From positions 17,711,443-17,768,146 of the forward strand of contig CM119270.1 of assembly GCA_051294375.1 (NCBI GenBank): a stretch of 56,704 nucleotides of DNA, written 5' to 3'. Made by a program: the position numbers and the translations under genes. This stretch comes from Paraspadella gotoi (lineage: Eukaryota; Animalia; Chaetognatha). Positions within the stretch are counted from its first letter, which is position 1, and each line of letters starts with the position of its first letter. Shown in pieces: positions 1 to 10,560 of the stretch. The notes beneath the pieces are model-generated. The model ran no database searches, was not told where the DNA came from, and saw only the letters and a list, made by a program, of their open reading frames with translations.

Positions 1-36
<36 letters not shown>

Positions 37-1348
37 AAAACGAAGTGTAAAATTTGACTTCGATTTTAAAAAGGATTAATAAACTTTGTTCTTAAGTGCA
101 CTTTACTTTACTTTACTTTACTTTACTTTTCTGAGAATAAAATCCACTTTGGTTTCATGTTGAAATCTCTGTCTACTTACTTAAATGAGATTGTTAAAAA
201 TTTTATGAATACCCAAAGGATTTCCTCTCAAACAACTACATATGATAAATCTGACATACATCAGATTATAATTTTTAATTTAATGATATTTTTAGTATAA
301 AATTTGTCAAATTAAAATAAATAAGTATCAATCTATGATAATCTTATGTAAGAAAATAAAACGTCCATGTGAAAAAAATAATAATATAAACTTTAAAATG
401 ACGGTTTATTTTTAGTGGGAGGATTGAAATTGTCACCATGCAGTGTTCAGTGGCATTTATTAACGACTGTTGACTGGAGAAAAACACTTTAGCATAAAAA
501 GGGAGGACTTAGAGAGAGAGAGAGAGAGAGAGAGAGAGANNNNNNNNNNNNNNNNNNNNNNNNNNNNNNNNNNNNNNNNNNNNNNNNNNNNNNNNNNNNN
601 NNNNNNNNNNNNNNNNNNNNNNNNNNNNNNNNNNNNNNNNNNNNNNNNNNNNNNNNNNNNNNNAGAGAGAGAGAGAGAGAGAGAAAGCTGAAAGAAGCGA
701 GCTGGTGGAATAGAGACTTCCCCTTTTGACTTCTGAACGTCATGCCGATTGAGGACTGAAAGGGCAGAAGAGATAACGGAAGAAAGAGCAGCCTGATTAT
801 CTCACTGCCATGGAGGAAGAGAAAATATTGAAAGAGAGTAAGAAAGAAAGAAAGAATGAGAGAAAGAAGGAAAGATAAAAAGAACGAGGAAAGAAAGAAA
901 GAAAGAACGAACGAATGAACGAAAGAAAGCAAGAAAGAAAGAAAGAAAGAAANNNNNNNNNNNNNNNNNNNNNNNNNNNNNNNNNNNNNNNNNNNNNNNN
1001 NNNNNNNNNNNNNNNNNNNNNNNNNNNNNNNNNNNNNNNNNNNNNNNNNNNNNNNNNNNNNNNNNNNNNNNNNNNNNNNNNNNNNNNNNNNNNNNNNNNN
1101 NNNNNNNNNNNNNNNNNNNNNNNNNNNNNNNNNNNNNNNNNNNNNNNNNNNNNNNNNNNNNNNNNNNNNNNNNNNNNNNNNNNNNNNNNNNNNNNNNNNN
1201 NNNNNNNNNNNNNNNNNNNNNNNNNNNNNNNNNNNNNNNNNNNNNNNNNNNNNNNNNNNAAAAAAGAAAGAAAGAAAGAAAGAAAGAAAGTAAAGAAAAG
1301 ATAGAGAAAAAGGAAGAAAGAAAGAAAGAAAAAATATAAAGATAACAA

Positions 1349-1404
<56 letters not shown>

Positions 1405-1775
1405 GATAAAAGATATAAAGTAAGAAATGTTAGCAAGAATGTGGTTAATCAAACAGAGAAAAAATATAATGACTATTGAAACTTGGTCTCGCATCGCATC
1501 GCTTTTGATCTACTATTTCTGTTTTATATCGACCGACTGAATAAAAGGCAGCAACCGACTTTTCCAGACGCATGAGTACGAACTCCTCTTTCGCCTATTT
1601 CCTTTTTTCTCTCCTTTTCCTTTGTATCCACAACAACAACAACAACCACACCAGCGCTCCCGACGTCAAACGTCGACATTTCCGGTTTCGACCGAAGGAT
1701 TTAAAGCGAAGGAGATTTCCGACGCCATCGACGATTAGAGAAGTTGTCGTTGTTGTCGTTGTTGTCGTTGTCGTT

Positions 1776-1806
<31 letters not shown>

Positions 1807-2196
1807 TGGTTGTTAACCTCGTCGTCCTTTTAGTCGCTTCGTCATTGTCATTTCCAATTCTTTTTGTGGTTGTGGATGGTTTTGTCGTTGCATAAATTTT
1901 TGTCGCCCCTTGTGATGTTGTTGTTGATGTTGATGTTGTACCGAATTCGGTTTCTAAAGTCAAGTTTGTTAACAAGTTTTTTTAGGATAAATGTAATCTT
2001 TCATTTTTAGTGTTACAAGTTAACATGCATCATTTATATAGATCTGCTCATATCTGCTTCTCAATAACGGTTTTTTTCTTTAAGTTTCTCGGTCATTCTT
2101 GTCATTTCTTTGTCATTCTTTGTCATCCATACCGACTTACGTCGACGCTGTACATAATCGTCGTCGTCGTCTTCTTGGTCATCGATGTAGTCTTAA

Positions 2197-2234
<38 letters not shown>

Positions 2235-2516
2235 TTGCCTCGGCGATTGACGATTCTGTACCTCGAATTCTTCGTCGCTAAAAAAGTAAGTCACGCTTCG
2301 CCCCTTNNNNNNNNNNNNNNNNNNNNNNNNNNNNNNNNNNNNNNNNNNNNNNNNNNNNNNNNNNNNNNNNNNNNNNNNNNNNNNNNNNNNNNNNNNNNNN
2401 NNNNNNNNNNNNNNNNNNNNNNNNNNNNNNNNNNNNNNNNNNNNNNNNNNNNNNNNNNNNNNNNNNNNNNNNNNNNNNNNNNNNNNNNNNNNNNNNNNNN
2501 NNNNNNNNNNNNNNNN

Positions 2517-2743
2517 ACTCTTCCACTTTCCTAACCTTTCCACTCTTCTTCTACTTTTCAAGTTCCATTCTCCTTTTTTGATTCTCCATTTGTTATTCTC
2601 CTTTCATGATCTATATTCTCCTTGTTTTTTTCTCATTTCTTTCTCTGTGTTTCCTTTTTTTTCCTTCCCTCCGCTTTTTCCTTCTTTCCTTTCCTGCTTT
2701 TTCCTTTCTTTCCTTTCCTCCGTTTTTCTATTCTTTCCTTTCC
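2517..2743 (-). repeat. Extra inverted fragment of unit A (equivalent to ~8664-8875)
   Basis: ACTCTTCCACTTTCCTAACCTTTCCACTCTTC...CTTTCATGATCTATATTC matches 14849-15060 and 9221-9440. Confidence 0.8.
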
Positions 2744-4592
2744 GGGTTACATATTTGACCTTTTGCTTTTTTCTTCTCTTGCGATCAAAGAATTTCTAGA
2801 ATTCGGTCGCGTTTCTCAAAAATCGATTTATTCCAAGTATTTGTTAAATTTTTTTTTTTTGTTTTTTGTTCCAATTCGTCTTTGGTTTTAACTTTTATTC
2901 CGTTCTTTTAATTTCATATTATTGGCCTAAATATTTAGAGAGGGGGCCCAATTAATTAGATGTTTTTCATTCTCTCTTTTATTTGACTGTCGAAATTTAC
3001 GACAAAAACCGCGATCAGAAATCAATGGATTTTCTTATCTTTTCTTTTCCCTTTCGTTTCGTTTTGCGTCGAACCCAAAACAGCACATTGACCCACGCAT
3101 CTCCTTTTAAATTGAAGATCTCGCGTGTACGGGCGGGCGCGGGAGTACGGGACGGACGTACGTGCGCTTAACCGACGCGTACTGATCGGAAGAATTCCGT
3201 AATCTTAGTCAAAGGGCCTACCGGACGACTGTTTCCGCCGCGAGAGCCGATCGTACGGACGGACCATCGTCGTTAAGTTTTTGACGCCCGTTGGAAAGTC
3301 GATGGTTAAAAAGGCGGCGTCTTTCTGAAAAAGCGGCGTCTCCGGCGCCGTCTGTTCAAGAACTGGCGGAAAATGGGAAAAGAAAGTTCAGGAATCTTTT
3401 TTCACTTTTCGGTTTTGTTTTTTAATTTGTCTTTTTTACATTTTAAGTATTAAAATCATTTTTCCCCAGATTGGCTTTCTGTTTTTGTTTTTGTTTTGTT
3501 TGTTTTTATGTTGCAATTTTTCGCAGTTTTTGTCTCGGTTTTTATTACCGTTGTTTTTGTGTTATTGTCGTTGACTTTTCCTTGATTTATTCATTGGATT
3601 CAAAGTCGTTGACGTTTTTTTTTTTCAGACGCTTAATCCATTTTTTCTTTCTCCTTATTTTCCTTTTTTTTTCTTCTTTTATTATACATTTCTCCTTCTT
3701 TTTTTGGTTGGGGTCTTGTTTTGTTTTCCAGTCTCTGTTTCCTTTTCTTGTTTTTCTATTGTTTCCTTTTTTATCACGACTTTGTTTCCTTTTTTTATTT
3801 CCCTTGTGTTATATTTTTTGCAACTTTTTAATTTTTGTGCAGTGGAGTGCAAGCCTGAGCGAGCAGAGAGAGTGAGAGAGAGTGGAGATTGATGAGAGTG
3901 CGAGAGATAAAGGAAGAGGAGAAGACGTTGAGAGTGAGCAACTTCCAAAGTTTTTTCTCTTCTTTTTCTTTCTTTTTTGTCTTCAACGAATATTTTTACT
4001 TATCGATAAAGTACAAGATGCCACGAATAATGTTATTTAGTTCCTTCACGGTATTCAACAAATAAAAAGGGGTTTCTTGAAGTTTTTTTAACAAAGATTT
4101 AATTCGGGGCGATTAAATAATTTTGATTTTGGCGATAGAGTGTACGTGACAACAACTTTAGCTTTCGTTTTGTGATTTCTTTAGTATTTAGTGATTTGGT
4201 CGGTGAACAGTATTAGGTGTTTTGCAAGCTTTCATATTTTTCCAAAGGAGAAGGGGATGAGAAATCATCATTGTTCTTTGGTTGTTATTACTTTTTACCG
4301 CCAAATTGTTTTACTGTTTTAATATGTTGGATCTCCGCGTTTCGACAAAAAAAAATTTTTTTTTTCCACGATAACGAATTAATTTATTATCATTCTTTGT
4401 GTAGTGTTTACTTTTAACAACCTTTTTGAATTGTTTCACGGTCTGCCATCTTTAAACTATTTGCTCCAGACGCATGAATATAAAAACTAATATTTGAAGA
4501 AGGAATTCTTCTCCCTAATTTAATCACTTTCCAATCCACGTATTTTTTTTTGGGGGGTCTTTAGCAAATATCACATTTCTTTTCTCAAATCT

Positions 4593-4635
<43 letters not shown>

Positions 4636-5395
4636 CTCTCTCTCTTCTCTCTTTCGCTTTTTATTATTTTTTTTATTCCTCTCCTCTCATTACATTTTTT
4701 AACTTTTTCCTTCTTTTTTCCTTCCTCCATTTGTGCTTTAGTTTTTTTTTTAACTTCCACTTCCATTTTATTATTTTCTTTCTCTTTTCATTTTTCCCTA
4801 AACTCCTTATTTTCCTTATTTATTGGTTTTTTTTCGTGCTACTTTACTCTTTATATGTTACATCTCTTCTTTTTGTGTACTAGTTCTTCATTTTGAACTT
4901 TTTCATGTTTCTTCGCATTGCTCTTTTTCTTTCTTTCCTCATCTTCTCTCTTCTCTCTCTCTCTCATCTTCTCTCTCTCTCTCTCTCTCCTCTCTCTTCT
5001 TCTCCTCTCTCTCTCTCCTCTCCTCTCTTCTCTCTCCTCTCTCTCTCTCTCTTCTCCTCTCTCCTCTCTCTCATCCAATGTTCCTGTCCAATGAATTTCA
5101 CTCCCTTTTTTCATCTTATTTTTCCTTTCTTTCCTTCGTCTCTTTTCTTCTCCTACCTTTCTCTTTTCTTCCTTCCTTTTTTTTCTATCTCACTTTTCTA
5201 TTCCTATCTATCATACCTCCTTTCCTTTCCTTTTCCTTCCCGAATTTGGCGGTGAGTCTATCGGGTTTCGCGTTCGCTTTTTAAATGATTCTCTACGTGA
5301 GAGGAAATTTTTTTGATTTTTCTTCCATTTCTAAGATAAAACAAGGGAAAGAAAGAAATAAATCCTCTCTCATTCTCTCTCTCTCTCTCTCCTCC

Positions 5396-5452
<57 letters not shown>

Positions 5453-7052
5453 CTTCAAACCGTCACATTTCAAGCACTAAAAAAGAAAACATTAACCAAT
5501 CAAAACCAAGATTTTTTTTTAAGATCGAACGCGGAGGTCTTACGTAGAATTTTGTTTAAAATTAATGTCTCTTATCATTTTTGATTTATGTATTTATTTG
5601 TGACTCAACGAAAGTCTTTTTTTTATTGCTTAATCCTCATCGAACAAGAAAACTCCAAGGAAATCTCATTGTATTTTTAAGTGATATATGTTAGTAGATA
5701 GTAGTTATATCAAAGCACTGTTGATTTTTAAAACTTTTTAAAAAGTATGCCAAGCATAAAAAGTTAGTCTTTAATTGACGGTTTATCTCAAGCCTTGCTC
5801 TGTCCTTTCCTACAACTCCACCGCTCTCTTTAAAACTCAAACAATTAATTCAGTAAATAACAAAAAATTGACAGTAATTTCGGTAAATTTCTCTACTTCC
5901 AGTTAATAACTTTAAACATTAATGCAATAAAATTAATCCAACCTTCTGGAAAATCTCACGAGTATTTACCAATCCTTCCCAAACACAAACCCGTCACTCA
6001 CTCGAACTCGTTTCCGTCAAACTCATATTATCCCAAGTTACAAGTTACCACCGCCCCTCTTCAACCCCAAGAACCGACTCACAGACCCCCTTCAACACCC
6101 GCGGACGGTCCTGTCTGCCATTTTCTGCTCCACCCAGAGATTTATCGTCCCGAGGAACCGGATTTCCCCCGATTCGCCGAACACCGGATCCGGAACGTTC
6201 TCGATTCCGGCAAAAGGAGCGCTCTATTTTCAGTAAAAACGGCGCTCGATTTTACGAGAAAAAAAAAGTGTTTTATTCTGCCGGAAATCCGTGTGCTGTC
6301 TGGCGGAAAAAAATATCGGGAATTGGCTTCACATGAATATGTTTTTTTAAAACATTGTTAGAATTAAGTTTAGTTAATATAATTTGGCAATAATATTTTG
6401 TTTATTCTATATTTAAATGAAAATACGTAAGACGGTAACTTAATACAAATTATACTACCAAACTATGAATTCATTTAGAGAAAAAAAATCTTTTTTAGCT
6501 TTTTCTTCGGTTTCCCTCGACGCGTGATTCGCGGGGGAAAATGCACGGGAATCGGCGTTAAAATGACGGCCGGAAGGCGGCGCCCATTAGGTTTTTCGGG
6601 GGCGCGGCCACATCGAGAAGGCGCGCGTGCGGATCCCGTTTCCAAGCGCCAATCGAGGTTCCGCTTTTTTTTCGCGCTCCATTTTCGTCCCAAGGATTTT
6701 TTTTTTTTTTTTTGCTTTTTGTGAGAAAAAAATATTGTGATTTTATATATTTAAGTTAAATAATCAAAATTTAGCTGTATGATGAATAAATTTATTCATT
6801 TTCCCATTAAAATATTGGCGTTCTAATAATTTGATGCGCGAGTAAATTTTACATCTTGGTTTTTTATTAGCGATAAGATTGTAACGAAGGTTTCCGTATT
6901 TTCGAAGATCACAAAAAAAAATGCCGTTTTTATTTCAGTTATTTTGTCTTTTAAAGTTTTATTTTTACTTTATCTTTTTTTTCTGTTTTTTCTTTTAGAA
7001 ATTAAAAATAATTCGAGGGACCGAAAATTAAAGAAAAAAGATAATATTTATT

Positions 7053-7147
7053 TGGTCGTTAACATTTAATAATGTTATTGCGGTCGTTAAAATTAATAAT
7101 GTTTGCGGTCGGTTAACTTAATAATGTTTTATTGGGTTCGTAACATT
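7053..7147. repeat. ~27-bp tandem repeat (about 3-4 units) with internal palindrome AACATTAATAATGTT; copies at ~12704-12786 and ~16598-16668
   Basis: GGTCGTTAACATTAATAATGTT(T)ATT repeated; the cleanest copy is at 16598-16668. Confidence 0.8.
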
Positions 7148-7386
7148 CCGCGCCATTCTTGCGACGGACGCGTTTCTAAGCGACCAAAGCGCATTTTTCT
7201 TTCTTAAGCGACGGAGAGCCTGAATCGATTCCAGGCGGTCAGTCTCCATGTCGCTTCACCGAAGAAACGAAGACGGATAGAGAACGAGAGGCGGAGAGGA
7301 GCGAGACGAAAGAAGGGAGAGAGAAAGCGACGTCAGCCGCGGAACGAACTTGTCGTTTAATTCTTCCGCATCGCCCCGCAAGAGAG

Positions 7387-7418
<32 letters not shown>

Positions 7419-7839
7419 AGAGAGAGGAGAGAGAGAGGGAGAGAGAGAGAGAGAGGGAGAGGGAGATTTTAGAGGAGAGAGACGGCGCTAAACGATTGAG
7501 AAAACGAGAACGTCGATTAGTTTTTTTTGAATTTTTGGAAAAAGAATTTCCGTTGTATTTTTTTTAATTCTTTTCGGGACGGGGGTGGATTGTCAATGTC
7601 GTTTTCTCGGGAAGAATAAATTATTTTATTAATAATTTACAACATTTATCAACTGTTTATAAAAAAAGTCCAAGCAGGCTTCGCTCTTCAACTTCGACTT
7701 CTGGGATCTTTTGGTACGTTTTCAGTCTCTTCGCGTCTCCCGTTTGCGGAAAAAACTCTCTCGCTCCCTCATCTCTCTCCTCTCTCTCTCTTCCCTCTCT
7801 CTCTCCTAGAAAGTCGACGTGGTTTCGCCCTTTCCACCA

Positions 7840-8110
7840 CGTTGATTGGTTAGAATCGCGAAACCACCTTTCCTTCATTGGTCGAGACCTAGCCGCAATC
7901 ACGTGATTCGCGACTAGAAAGTTAAGACGGATTGGTCCCGGGAAACGAAAGCGTCCGACGGCCTTCTGATTGGAGACGCTTTCGTCTCCCGGGGCGAGTT
8001 CGAGCCGCTGATTGGTGGAGACACGAGCCGAACGCGTTCTCTTTTGGTCGACTGGGAGGTGACAAGGGTAAGCCCTTTGAAATTCTCGTGTGAATGATCC
8101 CGATTGGTCC
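7840..8110. promoter_or_regulatory. CCAAT-box (NF-Y-like) cluster with E-box in CpG-rich island; promoter-like (also present in the copies at ~9980-10280, ~13470-13770, ~15615-15885)
   Basis: ATTGG at 7845, 7877, 7931, 7969, 8011 and 8103, all in the same orientation; CACGTG at ~7900. Confidence 0.5.
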
Positions 8111-8211
8111 GCGCGATTGAGAGCCACATTTTCTTATTTGGTCGAGACGATTTCTCGCTATTTTTGTCCTGTCAAATTCTTTTCGCGTTCGCGCGCGAGT
8201 TTCTCACGCGT

Positions 8212-8245
<34 letters not shown>

Positions 8246-8964
8246 AGAGAGAAGAAGAGAGAGAGAGAGAGGAAGAGAGAGAGAGAGAGAGAGAGAGAAG
8301 GAGAACGGGAAGCGGGGGAGGAAGATAAACGGGAATAGGAAAAGTGCGGAAAAAGAGGAAAACGACGGTTGGTGGACCGAGAAATAAAAATGGATGGAAT
8401 TGGAAAGGCGGGGAGGAAGGAAAGAAGGAAGACGGAGGAAAGAAAAAGAAAGGAAATAAAAGGAGAAAGGAAAGAAGGAAAAAACGAGGAAAAGAAAGAA
8501 GTGGAAAATTGGAGGAAAGTTTAAAGAAGTGAGTAATGGAGGAAAGGAAAGAAGGGGTTAATGGAGGAAAATAAAGAAGCAGAAAATGAGGGAAAGGAAA
8601 GAAAAGGGTGTAAATGGAGGAAAGAAAGAAGCGAATGGAAGAAGGAGGAAGGGTAAATGTGGAGGAAAGAATAGAAAACGGAGAAAAGCGAAAGAAAGAA
8701 AAAAAGCAGGAAAGGAAAGAGGGAAAGAGGAGGATAGGAAAAAGGAAACACAGGATAAAGAAAAGAGCAAAAAACAATGGAATATAGATCATGAAAGGAG
8801 ATACCAAAGGAGAATCAAAAAAGGGAGAATGACTTGAAAGTAAAAGAAGAGTGAAAGGTTAGAAAGTGGAAGAGTACAAGTCCTTAAATGAACGAGCTTT
8901 AATTTTACCTTCTCGGAACATGAGGAGTTAATTTCTTTTTTGTATAGAGAGAGAGAGAGAGAAG

Positions 8965-8996
<32 letters not shown>

Positions 8997-9054
8997 GAGA
9001 TGTAGAGAGACGAGAGAGAGGAGAGAGAAAGAAAGCGTGGTGACTCGGTCGTAT

Positions 9055-9103
9055 ATTTCGTCCTCAATCAGCTTTTCTTTCATCTCTCTCTCTCTCTCTC
9101 TCT

Positions 9104-9156
<53 letters not shown>

Positions 9157-9799
9157 AACAAAAAGAAAGTTACTCCTCTGTTCCGAGAGGTGAAATAAGC
9201 TCGTTCATTTAAAGGATTGTACTCTTTCCACTTCCTAACTTTTCACGCTTCTTTTACTTATTCAAGTTGCATTCTCCTTTTTTGTTCTCCATTTAGGTAT
9301 TCTCCTGTTCATGATTCTATTTCTCCTGTTTTTTTCTTTTCTTTATCTTGTGTTCTTTTTCCTTCCCTCCTCTTTTTCCTCTTTTCCTTTCTGCTTTTTC
9401 CATTTCTTTTTTTCTTCCGTTTTTCTATTCTTTCCTTCCTACATTTACCCCTTCTTCCTTTTCTTCATTTTTCCGCTTCTTTCTTTCCTCATTAACCCCT
9501 TCTTTCCTTTCCTCCATTTTCTGCTCTTATTTTCTCCATTAAACCTTCTTTCCTTTCCTTCCATTTACCCCTTCTTTAACTTTCCTCCATTTTCACTTCT
9601 TTCTTTTTCCTCCGTTTTTTCTTCTTTCCCTTTTCTTTTATTTTCCTTTTCTTTTTTCTTTCCTCCGTTCTTCCTTTCTTTCCTTTCCTTCCCGCCTTTC
9701 CAATTCCATTTCCATTTTTATTTCTCGACCACACCGTCGGTTTTTCCTCTTTCCGGCATCTCTTTTCCTATTTCCGTTTATCTTCTCCCCCGCTTCCGT

Positions 9800-9866
<67 letters not shown>

Positions 9867-10560
9867 CTCTCTCTCTCTCTCTCATCCCTCGCGTGAGAAA
9901 CTCGCGCCGACACGAANNNNNNNNNNNNNNNNNNNNNNNNNAAGGAATTTGACAGGACAAAAAATGGCGAGAAATCGTCTTCGACCAATAAGAAATTGGC
10001 TCTCAATCGCGCGGACCAATCGGGATCACTCACTCGAGAATTTCAAGGCTTACCCTTGTCACCTCCCCAGTCGACCAAAGAGAACGCGTTCGGCTCGTGT
10101 CTCCACCAATCAGCGGCTCGAACTCGCCCGGGAGACGAATAGCGTCGTCCAATCAGAAGGCGCGACGCTTTCGTTTTCCCCGGGACCAATCGTCTTATTT
10201 TCTAGTCGCGAATCACGTGACTTTGCGGCTAGGTCTCGACCAATGAAGGAAAGGTGGTTCGCGATTCTAACCAATCAACGTGGTGGAAATGGCGAAACAC
10301 GTGACTTTCTAGGAAGAGAGAGAGGGAGAGAGAGAGAGGGAGAGAGAATGAGAGCGAGAGAGTTTTTTTCCGCAAACGGGAGACGTCGAAGACTGAAAAA
10401 CGTCCCAAAGATCCCAGAAGTCGAGTTGAAGAGCGAAAGCCTCTTGGACTTTTTATAAACAGTTTAGATAAATGTTGTAATTATTAATAAAATATTTATT
10501 CTTCCCGAGAAACGACATTGACAATCCACCCCCGTCCCGAAAAGAAATTAAAAAAAAAAA
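9055..10560 (-). repeat. Partial inverted copy of unit A (retraces ~9055 back to ~7560)
   Basis: 9157-9290 is the reverse complement of 8820-8945 with indels. The ORF at 9949-10458 (+) shares peptide stretches (AYPCHLP, KRTRSARVSTNQRLELA) with 7657-8127 (-). Confidence 0.9.
9917..9941. other. Fixed-size 25-N assembly gap (others at 16418-16442, 19667-19691, 22077-22101, 54258-54282)
   Basis: N runs counted directly; all five lie inside or next to duplicated or noisy sequence. Confidence 0.95.

Larger units (their letters stand above)
2745..9055 (+). repeat. Unit A, forward arm 1 of a large fold-back/zig-zag repeat
   Basis: Reverse-complement matches to 14670-21485 along its length, e.g. ATTAATTAGATGTTTTTCATTCTC (~2951) vs GAGAATGAAAAGACATCTAATTAAT (~21305). 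Boundaries are approximate. Confidence 0.9.

Noticed and set aside
2236-2291. AAA|GTAAGT consensus donor at 2286
   Set aside because: No supportable upstream exon; it is flanked by (GTC)n and an N-gap.
7657-8127. 156-aa ORF (and 9949-10458, 15597-16067) recurring in the repeat copies
   Set aside because: The frame is not preserved between noisy copies, it overlaps a CCAAT array and an (AG)n tract, and the recurring NQ/PI residues simply reflect CCAATC motifs.
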